A DNA stretch of 63,738 bases, filler included, from Chrysochromulina tobinii (GCA_001275005.1; 8 parts of 8 records of this genome joined end to end with filler, not necessarily neighbours in it); one strand, 5' to 3'. Counted from the first letter of the whole stretch, positions 21,565 to 33,642 are shown. Notes: generated by a model not told the origin, from the letters alone. Numbers and translations: made by a program.

Positions 21565-23673
21565 ATGTTCTTCTCTTTGCACTTTACATCCTCGTCGATC
21601 GACACGATCATGGAGCGGCCATCCGGCTTCACCCTCGAGGAGCTACTCGAAGAAGATGAGCTGCTGCAGGAGTGCAAAGCGCAGAATGCGAAGCTCACCG
21701 AGTACCTTTCCACACCCGCGATCCTATACAAGCTTGCGGCCTACGTCACAGAGATGCCGGACGCGAGTGACTCGGATGTGCGCAAGTATAAGTACCCGTT
21801 TGTGGCGACTGAGGTGCTGTCCTGCGACATGCCTGCGCTGCGCGATGCCGTAACGGGCGAGCCTGCGGTCCTCAAGCAGCTCTTCTCGCTCCTCGCGACA
21901 CCGCCACCACTGCCGCCCGTGCTCGCGGGCTATGCATGCAAGGTGCTCAAGTCGCTGCAGAAGCAGACCCTTAAGGCCGTATTGCAGGCGGAGGGCATGC
22001 CCGATCAGCGAACGCTGGTGCAGCAGCTGCTCACGCACATCGGTTCGGACGCCATCCTCGCTCTCCTGATCGCTCTCTGCATCGGCGAGCCGCCCGTGTC
22101 CGAGCCTGGCGCCCCGGCGCAGTCAGCCATGCCACGCTCCGAGCTCGATGCCCAGTCGTGGCTGCCGCACACGGCGCTTGTCCCCGCCGCGCTGGATGCC
22201 TTGGCGCACGACGACCCGGAAGTCGTCACCAATGCGTCCTCGCTCTTGTGCGCGCTGCTCGCTGCTTCGTCCGAGCCGCCCGAGTGCCTCGAGAGCAGCC
22301 CCTCGGGCCGGGCGCGCTGTGCGCAGCTGGTGCGCGTGTGCCTCGGCGTGGACGACGCGCCCAACCTGCCCGCGCTCGACGTCGTCCTGCACTTGCTCTC
22401 GAGGCAACGAGAGTCCCCCTTAGCGCCCGTGGCCGAGGCGCTCCTCGACCAGATAGAGGCTGACATTGACCGCTTCTTTGCGGCCATCGCTGCGCCATCG
22501 CCTCTGCCCGCGAGGTTTTCGCGCTTTTTCGCGAACGATGCGCCGGCCTATCGGCCACGCGGCGCCCAGCGCTGCAAGCTGCTCTTGCTGCTCGAAGAGT
22601 GTCTCAAGACGCGGACGGCGCTGGTCATGCCGCTAGTCGAACTCGGGCTCTTCCCCATCGTCCTCGATCTGCTGCTGCTGCCACACTCGTGCAACGCACT
22701 GCACATGCGTGCCGCGGCCATCCTGGAGTGGGCCATCTCCTTCTCCTCCTCCTCGGCCGAGCTGGTCACCGCCGTCCGTAGAGCACTCGTCGCGGACGCG
22801 CAGATTGCCACCCGTCTCACTGTGCTGGTCGCCGACTACGCGCCTCCTCCGAAGGGCGAGGGCGCCGTTGGTAAGGCGAAGGGCAAGACGCTCCCGTGCT
22901 GCCACGCGTTCGTGATGCACATCAGCGCGTGCCTGCTCTCCGCCTCGCAGCGCGAGTCCGAGATGCGTGAGCTTCTCGAGGCCGAATGCCTGCATTGGGC
23001 ACAGTTCATCGCGCCCGGCGGGGCGTTGACCTCGTGGGAGCAGCTGCAGTCACGACCACTGGGTGGCAACACCCCGGCGCGCGGCTCGGAGGATTCGGAC
23101 GACGACGACGAGATCGATGCGAGCACCATCAAGAGTGTACTCGCCGCCCAAGCTGCGGCCGCGGCCAGCCGGGGAGATTCCGATCTCGACTCCGATCTCG
23201 ACTCGGGCGGTGTCGGCGACGACCAAGATGACGAGGAGCTCGATGACGAGTCCGGAGCCCACTCCTCGAGCTACATCCAGCACTTTGCGCAGTACCTCTC
23301 CAGCCGCAACTTCGTCAACCAGACTGGCGATGATCAGCTGATGACGGGGGATCAGCTGCCGCCGCCCTCGTCGGAGGCGTGGTCCGCCGAGTTCGACAGC
23401 AGCAGCTTCGACCTCGAGCTGTCTGGCGATAGCAGCGGCAACAGCGGTGGCAGCAGCGGCAGCAGCGGCAGCAGCGGCATCGCGCCGGCAGCGTCGGCGA
23501 GTGGCGATGCCGCGAGCGCGGCGTCGACCAGCGGGGACTCGGGCGCGTTTGCGGCTGACTTCTCGGGCGGATTTGCGGCTGACTTCTCCTCCTCGTCGTC
23601 TGAGAGTCAATTCGGCGGATTTGCCGATTTCGACACGGGCGGAGCGGCAGCAAGCCCGGCCGCGTCGGACTGA
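21565..23673 (+). CDS. SIT4/PP6 phosphatase-associated regulatory subunit (SAPS family)
   Basis: The N-terminus MFF...SIDTIM...FTLEELLEEDELLQECKAQNAKLTEYL, plus YKYPFVATEVLSCD, VLAGYACKV and CNALH. It ends in an acidic low-complexity tail. Confidence 0.88.
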   Translation: MFFSLHFTSSSIDTIMERPSGFTLEELLEEDELLQECKAQNAKLTEYLSTPAILYKLAAYVTEMPDASDSDVRKYKYPFVATEVLSCDMPALRDAVTGEPAVLKQLFSLLATPPPLPPVLAGYACKVLKSLQKQTLKAVLQAEGMPDQRTLVQQLLTHIGSDAILALLIALCIGEPPVSEPGAPAQSAMPRSELDAQSWLPHTALVPAALDALAHDDPEVVTNASSLLCALLAASSEPPECLESSPSGRARCAQLVRVCLGVDDAPNLPALDVVLHLLSRQRESPLAPVAEALLDQIEADIDRFFAAIAAPSPLPARFSRFFANDAPAYRPRGAQRCKLLLLLEECLKTRTALVMPLVELGLFPIVLDLLLLPHSCNALHMRAAAILEWAISFSSSSAELVTAVRRALVADAQIATRLTVLVADYAPPPKGEGAVGKAKGKTLPCCHAFVMHISACLLSASQRESEMRELLEAECLHWAQFIAPGGALTSWEQLQSRPLGGNTPARGSEDSDDDDEIDASTIKSVLAAQAAAAASRGDSDLDSDLDSGGVGDDQDDEELDDESGAHSSSYIQHFAQYLSSRNFVNQTGDDQLMTGDQLPPPSSEAWSAEFDSSSFDLELSGDSSGNSGGSSGSSGSSGIAPAASASGDAASAASTSGDSGAFAADFSGGFAADFSSSSSESQFGGFADFDTGGAAASPAASD

Positions 23674-24040
23674 GGTTCCCATCGAATTCGCGCGTGCGGC
23701 CATTGTGCCTGTGTGGTTGGCGTTCCGTCCCAAGACGCGCACCCCCGGCGGCGCAGCCGGAAGGTCCCCTGGAACGAAGAAAAGGATATGTGCTCGCGTC
23801 CGGGGTGTCGTGTGCCCGACCTCGGAAGCTGTATAATTAGCGTGCCGTTTGGAACTCGGTATTGTGTGTAAAGAGAAACTATTGCCGTCACAGATGGTTC
23901 ATTTGTGCTCAACCCGCGGTACAATCTTCCAAACCACCGTAGGTATCGATTCGTGTGACGCGTCTCCGTCTGCGGTCGGGATCGCTCTGGCGGCGTCTCG
24001 TTCATCCGACCGTCGACGCCGTCGGTCCCCAATTCCCCAT

Positions 24041-26212
24041 TCACGCTAGCTGCTCAAGGGCGCGCTTGGCCGCGCGCAGCTTGCCGAGGAGCTCGACGTC
24101 CGCGCGCCGCTTGGACTCCATCTCAGGAGGCTCGTCGAGCAGCCCCTGATCGTCCACGCTCGCGTGGGCTAAACGCTCGAAAAGCGTAGGGTACAGGGCG
24201 TTCTCGGTCGCGCGCAGCATGTGCAGCATGATCGCCTTGGGCGCGGCATTCACCACGGAGCGTGTGATGGTCGCATAGTACGAGTTGAGTATCGAGCGGA
24301 GCAGCGGCGCCTCGACGCCCTTTACAAGCTTCTTGATCCCCTCCTGCAGCTCCTTAAGGAAGCTCTCGTCGTCTGTGTAAATGTAGGCCTCCTCCATGGC
24401 GATGAGCTCCTCGAGCTTGTGCATCGTGGCCGAGCGCTCACGCTCGAGCAGCCCCTCGAACTCCTCGCGCAGCTTGGCGCGCAGCTTGGGGAAGCGCGCC
24501 AGCATCGTCGTCTCCTGGTTGAGCAGCCGCGTGCAGAGCGCGCGCAGCTCCTCGTGCACGGCGCTCACGCAGCCCAGGCACGGCGGGAGCAGCTGCCGAA
24601 TGGGCCGCTTCTCGGGGTGCGTGAGCATGTGCTCGAGCAGCTCGATGGGCGGGATCGGGAACGAGAGGTGGTTGCCCTCGCAGTCGCGCGCCGCGTCGAG
24701 CAGGTACTGGTCCGGGTACGCGCTTTCATCAAACGGCTTCACGGCTTTGAGCTCCTTGGAAAGTGCCGCGAAGGCATCTTTAATGCGTCGACCCGTCTTG
24801 ACGTCGGCACGCTTCTCGACGAGGGCGCCCACAACGTTGCGCGAAAACGAGGCCACCAGGTTCTGCACGAGCGCCGAGCGTGAGGCCGCGTCGATCGGCA
24901 CCGCCGGGCCGAGGTCGGACAGGTTTCGTTCGGTCTGCAAGTAGAGGCTGTCGACCTCGCGCAAAATGTGGGGCAGATGCTGCTTGAGATGGCCCAGGAG
25001 GACGCGCGCGAGGAACTTGGAGAGGGGCGGCACGCCCAGGCGCTCGGCAAAGGGCGCGAACGCGCGGCCGTACGTCGCATGCGCCTTGAAGTACTCCGCT
25101 TCGCTCCCGTAGCCCTCGCGCACTGTCAGGCCCTTCTCCGCAGGGCCTCGCATCTTGACCGCAAAGTAGCCGAGAGAGAGCTGCAGGTCGGAAGGGAGTG
25201 CGTTGGTGAGGTACTTGGACACGTCGGTGCCCTTGTTCATCAGGTCCACCTTGGTGAGCACGCCCACGGTGCGCGTGCCCTGCGGGTCGTACTCACGCGC
25301 GAGCTCGACGGCGGGATCGGCCTCGAGATCCGCGCGGGCAGGGCACACCATCAAGATGATCGTGCGCGCAGGCTGGATGTAGCTCGCGATCATCTGGCGG
25401 ATCTGCTGCTTGATGTCCTTAGGCTGCCCCTGCGCGGTGAGCGCCGTCATCGTGAGCCCCGGAAGGTCGACCAGCGACAGGTTGGGCACGTGCGGCGAGT
25501 AGAGGCGCAGGAAGATGGCTTCGTTGGTCACGCCCTTTTGGGAGCCGGCGCGCGCGGCGGTCTGCGCCTCGATGGCCTTCCGGATGCGCTCGAGCTGCGC
25601 GGCCTTCGGATCGGGGCATGCGAGCTCGACGGTCTCCTCAACGCACCAGCCGCCGTTGACGAAGGTGCCAAACTCGGCGCGCATCTCAGATGGCTCGGCG
25701 TGGTGCACCAACTGGAGCGCAAGCGGTGCGCGCGTCACCATCTCCTCGCCGAGGGGTAGGATGTCGGCGCCCATGATGCCGTTGAGCAGCGAGGACTTGC
25801 CGCTGGACTGCGTGCCGACCACCACAAGTCGCGGCACCTCGGGCTGCTTCAGCCGCCCGGCCACCGGGCCAGCAAGCTCGCTGGTCGCAAAGATGCCATC
25901 GAGCGCATTGGCCATCTTGAGGATCTCGGCCGAGCCGAGGCCGCTCGCGGCCGAGCCAGCCTCGGCGGCACCACCGCCGCCGATCCCGCCGCCGCTGGCG
26001 CCACGGTTGGCGACCACCGACGAGAGGTATGAGCCCGCCGCCCAGATGGCCGAGCCACCCACAGTGGCAGCTGCGGAGCCGACGGTCACAGCGACGTTTC
26101 CGACGACCGCGGCGGTCGCACGCAGCTTCGAGGTCTCGCCCTCGGCGGGTTTAGCGTCGGCGGGGCTGAGCGGTGCGGAGTGCTGGGCTTCTTGCATAGA
26201 GATGGCGTCCAT
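24041..26212 (-). CDS. Dynamin-related GTPase
   Basis: G1 GTQSSGKSS, G2 VTRAPL, G3 LVDLPG and G4 TKVD, followed by a middle domain and a short GED (PKAIMLHM). No PH domain. Confidence 0.95.
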   Translation of the reverse strand: MDAISMQEAQHSAPLSPADAKPAEGETSKLRATAAVVGNVAVTVGSAAATVGGSAIWAAGSYLSSVVANRGASGGGIGGGGAAEAGSAASGLGSAEILKMANALDGIFATSELAGPVAGRLKQPEVPRLVVVGTQSSGKSSLLNGIMGADILPLGEEMVTRAPLALQLVHHAEPSEMRAEFGTFVNGGWCVEETVELACPDPKAAQLERIRKAIEAQTAARAGSQKGVTNEAIFLRLYSPHVPNLSLVDLPGLTMTALTAQGQPKDIKQQIRQMIASYIQPARTIILMVCPARADLEADPAVELAREYDPQGTRTVGVLTKVDLMNKGTDVSKYLTNALPSDLQLSLGYFAVKMRGPAEKGLTVREGYGSEAEYFKAHATYGRAFAPFAERLGVPPLSKFLARVLLGHLKQHLPHILREVDSLYLQTERNLSDLGPAVPIDAASRSALVQNLVASFSRNVVGALVEKRADVKTGRRIKDAFAALSKELKAVKPFDESAYPDQYLLDAARDCEGNHLSFPIPPIELLEHMLTHPEKRPIRQLLPPCLGCVSAVHEELRALCTRLLNQETTMLARFPKLRAKLREEFEGLLERERSATMHKLEELIAMEEAYIYTDDESFLKELQEGIKKLVKGVEAPLLRSILNSYYATITRSVVNAAPKAIMLHMLRATENALYPTLFERLAHASVDDQGLLDEPPEMESKRRADVELLGKLRAAKRALEQLA

Positions 26213-26353
26213 CTTACGTCAGCTTGTTTCCGTCCGTCGGAAATCAGCTCCTCCCCCTCGCAGTGGAAGCGAGATCGCCGACACGGCGCGCGATCTCGCA
26301 TAACCTCATTTCGCATGACTCTTCCTCGTCGTGAACGCTCGCTTTAGTTTTCG

Positions 26354-27463
26354 ATGGCTGCCGATGAGTCGAGCGACGATCGGCACTATTCGCTACTTAG
26401 AGGACCGACTCTACGTGTACGCCACTCACTTTGCCGGCCTGCTGAAGCGGTCCTTTGGCTGCTCGGCGCCGTGGCCCTCATCATCATGATTGCCGCCCAG
26501 CTCCGGGCCGCATGGCAGCCCTCGGCAATCATGATGCTCGCCAGGGGCACTATCCTAAGAACGAGCTCCACCTTGCCAGTGTGCCTCTTGCTGCATGGCG
26601 CTGGGATGGACACTGAAACGCCCATCGAGGTCAGCATGAAGGGCTACTGGGGGGCACTGCAAGAGCGGCTGCAGTGGGTGTGCAGCACAGTGGTCTACAT
26701 GTACGAGGACACACTGCGCGTCGGCTGGGAGGATGCGGCGCTGCAGGAGCGCGTCTGCGCGCTTGTGCGCGATGCGGCGGCCATCGCGCTGGCCGGCACG
26801 CCAGCGCCGCTCGTCATCTTCTCACACAGCCTCGGCAGCCTGCTCCTTGCGGGCGCTCTCGAAGCCGGGCGGTGCGCGCTGCCTGCCGAGGCCGCTTGGT
26901 ACTCTGCCGGCGCGCCGTGGCAGGGCAGCAGGGCGGCCGAGAAGCTGCCGCAGATCTGCTCCGTCGGTCGCTCGCTTGACCTCGAGGGAGTGGCGGCTCA
27001 CGCAGCCTCAGTGATGCTGCGCGTGCTGGCTGTGCGCGAACGCTACTGCGAGGCCGATGGCAACGGCCCGAGTCCCGGCTTCTTCAGCACGCGTGCGTCC
27101 AACGAGGGGCTACCGGCGCTGGCACGCTGGCAGTCGCGCCTCAACGGCAGCCTCTGCGGCGACAGCGCGATCGGGCTTTGGTCGACCGACTCGCTCGGCC
27201 TCGAAGCGCTTGCCGAGTTGAGCGCATTCGGAGAGGCCAACGACGGCGCAGTGCCCACAACGGCGTGCCACCCGCGCGGCGCGCAGGTGGAGCGCGCGCA
27301 CGCGAGCCCGCACTACACGGCCGCCGTCAATCACTACGACCTCGCGTGCCGTCATGGAGACGGCTTGATTCCGTGGGGCGGCGACGACCGCCGGCCGTGC
27401 TCATGGTACGTCGCGATGGCGGGCAGGGTGGCATCAACATTGTCGCCTCCGGCATCGCGGTAA
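26354..27463 (+). CDS. Alpha/beta-hydrolase-fold (lipase-like) membrane-anchored protein
   Basis: N-terminal TM helix, LLLHGAG, nucleophile elbow SHSLG, NDGAVP and NHYD. Confidence 0.7.
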   Translation: MAADESSDDRHYSLLRGPTLRVRHSLCRPAEAVLWLLGAVALIIMIAAQLRAAWQPSAIMMLARGTILRTSSTLPVCLLLHGAGMDTETPIEVSMKGYWGALQERLQWVCSTVVYMYEDTLRVGWEDAALQERVCALVRDAAAIALAGTPAPLVIFSHSLGSLLLAGALEAGRCALPAEAAWYSAGAPWQGSRAAEKLPQICSVGRSLDLEGVAAHAASVMLRVLAVRERYCEADGNGPSPGFFSTRASNEGLPALARWQSRLNGSLCGDSAIGLWSTDSLGLEALAELSAFGEANDGAVPTTACHPRGAQVERAHASPHYTAAVNHYDLACRHGDGLIPWGGDDRRPCSWYVAMAGRVASTLSPPASR

Positions 27464-27822
27464 TGCCTCGCTTTAGGTCTCTTGGAACTTGGAAGGTTTC
27501 GCTTTCGGAGTCGCGGGGCGGCTCGGAAGCAAGCAAGCTAATTAGTCGAATCACAACACAAGTACCTAAACAAGCGCAATCGAATGCTTGCTTGCTTGCT
27601 TGCGGCTCGGATTTGAGCATTTTCCTGCTCTGCTGTTTCCTCTTTCCTGTCGAGGCGCTCTCCACGACGCGTTTTCCAAGGGGCTCCCAGCCCCTTGCGT
27701 TTTCAGAAAACAAACTTTCCCCAAAACTTTCTCCGCGTCGTGGAACCCAATTCGGCGAGGCTTGTCCACCTTGCGCTCGAGCGTCTTGCGCCGCCCGCGG
27801 GGCGCCTCCAGCCGCTCGTACC

Positions 27823-28243
27823 ATGTCCGCCGATGCAGCCCCCCCCGATAGCGCTCGGAGTGAAGATGATAAGCTGACGCTCGAGCAAAAGTACGGTGTC
27901 TCCGAGAGCTATCTGAAGCTCACGGGCGCTTGCTGCGCGGTTACGCTCGCCCTCTTCCTCCTTCTCGGTGACCTGGCACTCGTGATGACGCCAGTCTACC
28001 CACCGCCGCCGCGCCCACCGTTCCCACCGGGCTTGGCACCCATGCCGCCTCCGCCGTCGCCGCCTTTGCCGCCGTCGCCGCCCTCACCACCGCCTTCACC
28101 ACCGTCGCCACCACGGCCTCCCTCGCCGCCGCCGCCGCCCAAACCCTCGCCGCCGCCCTCGCCACCCTTGCCGCCGCCACCGCCGCCCAGCCCGCCGCCG
28201 CCGCCCAGCCTTTCGCCCCATCCGCCACCACCCTCGCCCAAAC
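27823..28243 (+). CDS. Pro-rich single-pass membrane protein, 3' partial
   Basis: MSADAAPP..., a TM segment (AVTLALFLLLGDLALVM), then an SPPP tract running into the contig end. Confidence 0.65.
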
Positions 28244-28343
28244 NNNNNNNNNNNNNNNNNNNNNNNNNNNNNNNNNNNNNNNNNNNNTTAATTAATTAAN
28301 NNNNNNNNNNNNNNNNNNNNNNNNNNNNNNNNNNNNNNNNNNN
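28244..28343. other. Artificial contig linker
   Basis: N44-TTAATTAATTAA-N44. Confidence 0.99.
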
Positions 28344-31300
28344 CCCCCCCCCCCCCCCCCCCCGCCGCCGCCGTCATCATTGATCTCGTGGCGGCGCTGG
28401 GCCGTGACGGCGTCCTCCACCTTGCCCCTCTCCTCCACCTCCCAGCCGCTGCCGTCGCAGCAGCCAGGGACGCGCTCGCGTTCGGCCGGGGTGCCTCCGA
28501 CGCCACGTTCACCGACACCAGAGGAACGCGCCGTAGCGGCGGCGAGGTGTCGGTACGAGGCCCTGGTCATACAGGCCAATGACGCTGCCGCTGCGTGCTC
28601 CAATGCTGACCGTAGCGACGACGGCGGCGCAAGCGGCGACGGCGATGGAGGCGGCGACGGCGACGGCGGCGGCAACGGCGGTGGCGGCGGGCTCTCGTCC
28701 GAAGTGGCGATCGCCGCGCGCGTCCTACAGCTGCGCCGCGCCTCGGGCGCCGTACGCCTTCAGACAGAGCTGCATGCGCAGCTCTCGGCTCTGAAGAGCG
28801 CCGTCGCGGGGGCCGAGTCGGAGAGGGTGCAGGCGGCCGCAGCAGCGCGGCGCGAGGTGCACCGAAAGCTCGAGATGGCCCACTGATGACCTCTGATGAC
28901 CTCTGATGACCACTGATGGCCTCTGATGACCTCTGATGACCTCTGATGACACCTACTGCATGCACCCCTCATCACGTTGATAACCTCTGATGACCTCTGA
29001 TGACCTCTGATGACACCTCTTGAATGCACCCCTCATCAGGTGCACCGCGAGATCTCCGCGAGCGTCGCAGCTCTCGAAGCGGAGCTGGGCACGCAGAGCG
29101 CCTCGCTGCAGACTCAGCGAGACGCGGCCGCGGGCACCGCCAGGCGCGCAGAGGAGGCGGCCGCACGAGCCGTGGCGGCGGAAGCCCGGCTCGAGGCGGC
29201 GCAGCAGGCGTTACGCGCCGTCGAGATGGACAAGGCGTCGATCTCCGACGATCTCGACGAGGCTCAGGGGGTCATCATCGGGCTACGCGAGACCGCCGCC
29301 CGCCAGCTGCGATCCGTCAAGGCAGCCACAGAGCGAGCCGACGCGGCAGAGCGCCGTGCGGCCGAGGCGATGGGGGAGCGCCGCCCGTCGCAGCGCCCGT
29401 CACAGCACTCGTCACGAGTTCTCGACGCCGTCCTCGTGCATGCATGGGCACTCGCGTGCTCACGAGCGCTCGCCCACTGGCAGCTTGCCCTCGCCGCCGT
29501 GCCCGCCGCCGTGCCCAGCGCCGTGCCCAGCGCCACTCAGGCGCAGCGCAGCCCTCTCCAACGCGCGGCGCAATCGCCCTTGCATCGCCTCTTGTCGCCT
29601 CCTGCCAGCGCCGCCGCGGGCGCGAAAGGCGGCAGCGGGTCGGCGCAGCTCGAGGCGGAGCTCGAGCAGCTTCGTCAATCTCGCCAGTCCGAGCTCGAGG
29701 CGGAGCTCGAGGCCTACGAGCTGCGGCTGGTGACATCAGCGCTGCGCCGGGCACTCGTGCTCGGCGACGAGGCACGTGTGTCGGCCTCGCTCGGCCGCGC
29801 GTACCGGCGGTGGGCGATCGCGGCGGCGCTGGTGAGCGTGCAGACGGCACACGAGTCGGAGATGGCGCGAGTGGTGCGTTTGCATGCAGGCGTGGCGGAG
29901 GTGGGACGAGTGGTGCGCGGGCAGGCGCAACGGCTGAGTGGGGGCAAGCCAGCGCCAGAGCCAGCCGCTGTGCTAGCCGCCTCGTCAGCGGGTCGGCCAC
30001 CCATCCACGATCCCTTCCACGAGGCACAGCTGGCGGCGCAGGTGCAGTCGCTCGAGCAACGGCTAAGGGTGAGCGCGCTCGAGCGAGCGCTTGCCTTGTT
30101 CAAGCACCCGGCGATCGCGCAGCTGCAGCAGATGCATGCGCTGCGCAAGTGGCACGGCGTGCTGCTGTATGCGCGGGCGTTCATGCTCGCGTACGCCAAA
30201 GCGAGCGAGCGTGCGCGCACGGCGCCGCCGACGCAAAGTGACCGCCAGCCGGCGCAGCCAGTCGGCACGCAGTCCGACAGCATGCACACGACGGCCGCGC
30301 TGATCCCACGCGCCGTCGCGATGAGCGCGGCCCGATCGGCGGCGTGCGCGTTCCTGCGGCTAGGCTGCGGCACACCCGGCCGCTTCCAGTTGCTGCAGCG
30401 GAGCATCGGCCGTTGGAAAGAGGCTCTGTGCGCCTTCGACGGGCGTGAGGCGAAGAAGGAAGCGAGCGCTGCCAACGAGCGTGCGCGCAACCTGAAGCGC
30501 GGTTGGAAGGAGGAGCGCGACGCACGTCAGGCGGGCGAGCACAAGGCGAGCACCCTCGAGGCGAAGGTCGCCGAGCTCGAGGCGCAGATCGCCGAGCTCA
30601 CACGGCAGCTCCGTGTGGCGGGGGAGGGGGCACGCATGGCCGCCGAGGCCAAGGAGAACGCGCCGCGGCAGGCCGGCGCCGGCGTGCTCGTCGCCGTCGA
30701 GCCTCCGCCGTCGCAGCTGCCGCCGCCGGACCAAACTTCAAGCGTGGCCGGCATCATCGGGCAGCTCAAGATGGCGCTCGCTAAGAACCTGCACCGGATC
30801 ATCGACACGTTTCGTGAATTCGACGAGGACCAGTCGGGCACGATCAACAAGCGCGAGTTTGGGCTCGCGCTGCAGAAGCTCGGCATCGTCGCTCACAAGT
30901 CTACGTGCGACCTCACGTTCGACTCGCTCGACAACGATCGCTCGGGCACGCTCGAGTACGAGGAGCTGAACACTCACCTGCGGCGGCGCGCCGGGGACCC
31001 GTCGCACCTCGACGCCGTATTGGGCACGGTCTCGCCAGGGCGCAACCTCGAGAAGGCCTCGCTCCCCGCCCCCGCCACGTCGCATACGTCGCAGCTGCCG
31101 CCGCCGTCGCAGGTGACGCGCACGTCCCAGCTGCCGGAGCCGCCGGGCGTCTTGGCGCGTGTGCGTGACCTCGAGCAGCGGCTCAAGGCTGCAAAGGAGG
31201 AATTGGCGCGCTCCGAGATGGCGATCAAGGTGGACAGGCGCGCACTCGCGACCTTGCGCGAGGAGCGGCAGCCGCTCGTCGACGAGCTGCTGACGCTGCG

Positions 31301-32297
31301 CAAGGTGAAGACGAGTACCGACCAGCTCCAGCGCCGTATCGAGCAGCTCGAGCAGTCGAAGAGTGCCCTCACCCTCGAGCGCGCGGCGCTGCGCCTCAAG
31401 GTGCTCGCGACAGGGCTCGACGCCGCCGCCCTGCCCGGCGAACGCTCCGCAGCACTGGCCTCGCGCCTCGCCAAGCGACGGCTGCAGGCGACGGTCGGCA
31501 CGCTCACCGCGAGCGTGAGCGGCGCGCGATGGCGCGCGGCGGGGGCGCTCTGGCGCTTTTGCTCGAGCCAACGGCTAGTGCGCGCCCTCGCCACGTGGGC
31601 GGCCTGTGTCGAGCGCGCGCGGCTCGGCGCGGAGCTCCAATCTCGAATCGACGAGCTCGAGCTGCTCGTAGATGAGGCTACGTCGCGCGGCGCGGCGGAT
31701 GGTGAGGCGAGGCTCGACAAGCTCCGCCGGGCTGCGGATGAGAAGCTGCGCAAGGAGCGGCAGCTCGCCGCCACACGCCTTGCCGAGCGCGACGCTCTCG
31801 CGCGGCAGGTGGTGCAGCTGCAGGCGCAGATCCGCCACGCGGCGGCAGTGCCCAGCCGTCCACAGGACACGGCCAACGCGATGGCCCCCACCAGTTCCGT
31901 CAAATTCGACCAGACGACGCCTCGTGCGAATCGTGCGAATAGTGCCCCGAGTGCAGGTGTGAATAGTGCCCCAAGGGCAGGTGTGAATAGTGGTGCCACG
32001 CCACCCACGACTCCGAGCCGAGGCGGTGCGGGAGGGCCTGCAACCAATCGCCTCGCCCGGGGCGGGCTCGGCGGTGGCGGCGACGACGAAGGCGACGGCG
32101 CCGGCGGGGCCAGCGGGCGGCGGGTGCGCCCCCCCATCCCCAAGCCCCCCCACCCTCAAGGCCTCCTGATCGAGGAGGAGGTGCGCGAGCTTCGCGCGGC
32201 CCTCGCGGCCAGCCGTACCGAACGCGATGTACTCCGGATGGAGATGGAGGCGATGGCACTCGAGCTCGAGACGACGCGAGAGCTTCTCGGCAGCTGA
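28344..32297 (+). CDS. Large coiled-coil protein with an EF-hand pair; 5' partial, one intron
   Basis: EF-hands DEDQSGTINKREF and DNDRSGTLEYEEL (about 30820-30970). Intron 28857-29039 joins ORFs 28380 and 29010 in frame (RRE|VHREIS). Confidence 0.78.
28857..29039 (+). repeat. Intron filled with 10-bp tandem repeats (TGATGACCTC)
   Basis: GT..AG boundaries restore the frame. AGGTGCACCG is present at both boundaries. Confidence 0.85.
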
Positions 32298-32898
32298 CGC
32301 TCATCATGGCGCTCATCATGACGCTCATCATGCTGTCCGAGAGCGGCGCCTACCAGTCATCCTCGTCGAGCAGGTGTGTCGACCCCTCGAGGCCCCTTGC
32401 CTTGCCTGCCGCGCGCCGCCTATTCAGACTGCCTATTCAGACTGCGTGCTCGGGGTGGCGGCCGCTCCAGTGAGCCACAAATCTCTCCCAGAACAGAGGC
32501 GCCTCCATGCAGCACCCCACACCCCCTCGCCGCCGCCCTGCCGCTTGCACCTAGAGGCGCCGATGGTTCCTACCGAACCGTAAGTATGGCAGCCATGGCT
32601 GTCGGTGAGGAGCCGCGCCGCCACCCTCCCACGCACGTGCACGAGCGCGCTTCCAGCACTGCTTGTGAACTCTGCTGCACGTCACGCTCATGCTGACCCT
32701 GCGAGCGATGGGCGCGCGCGTTTCCTCCATGTGCTTGCAAACAGGCGAGGAGGCGAGGGGGTCTCAGAGAATCTCTGCGAGTAAACGGATTAGGGCATTA
32801 GCGATTATGGTCAGTAAGCTAGTAGATGAGGGTCGAGCTCACAAGCTGAAAGCGAGCACCTCGCCCCTCATCACACCGAGAGACCCTCGAGTCCATTG

Positions 32899-33642
32899 AT
32901 GAACTTCGGAATCGGGTCCGGGTTCATGCGACTTTGTCGCGCACTGGCGAGGCGAACGGCGGTGCACGCGCTGTCCTCACTGGGCCGACCGCCCTTCCAT
33001 GTGGGGTTCTCAACCGCTGTGCATGCTCCCGTGAAGCTCACGGACACGTCAGTCGAGGCGCTTTCTAGGCACGTCGCATCAGCGTGCTTTAATGGCGCTG
33101 CTGTATGTGATGAAGAATGGATCGTCTCAACACACATAACAACAATCGAAGGTGTCGCAGGACGCAATGAGTACCTTGTACTCGATGAGCCTTGTGATGC
33201 TGGATCTGTGCTGTGTCGCGTACAACGCACGTCTTCCTCCGTGGTACCTTCGCCATCGTGGGACACCCTGCAGATTGGAGCTACGGCTCACGCTCGCTTT
33301 GGTGCGAAAGCGCTCAAGGTGAATCATGCACAAGATCCGAATTGCCGTGTTGAGATACATGAGGACCGCGTTGAGATCATCTCGCTCGTAGCCATGCCAG
33401 AGGGTGTCACGCTGACCTTCAACTACAACACCACGGAGTATTCGATGGCCGAGCCTTTCATCGACTGGGTCACCGGCTCGCTCGTCGGCGGCTTCAAGAA
33501 TGCCGGGCACGAAGAGCAACAAAAACTGATCTCGTCGGGTCTCGTTGCAGCGCACGTCCTGGAACTCTTTCATGCAAGTGGACTGGTCTTGAACCCAAGC
33601 TCTCCACTCCCGGAAGAAAACGGGGATCCCCCCGCATATTAA
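32899..33642 (+). CDS. Small SET-domain protein
   Basis: SET signature VNHAQDPNC...TLTFNYNTTE..MAEPF. No post-SET Cys cluster. Confidence 0.75.
   Translation: MNFGIGSGFMRLCRALARRTAVHALSSLGRPPFHVGFSTAVHAPVKLTDTSVEALSRHVASACFNGAAVCDEEWIVSTHITTIEGVAGRNEYLVLDEPCDAGSVLCRVQRTSSSVVPSPSWDTLQIGATAHARFGAKALKVNHAQDPNCRVEIHEDRVEIISLVAMPEGVTLTFNYNTTEYSMAEPFIDWVTGSLVGGFKNAGHEEQQKLISSGLVAAHVLELFHASGLVLNPSSPLPEENGDPPAY

Noticed and set aside
18956..26303. Long antisense and alternate-frame ORFs overlapping SSRP1, SAPS and dynamin (and similar ones across the window)
   Set aside because: They are expected shadows of high-GC coding sequence and have no recognisable motifs.
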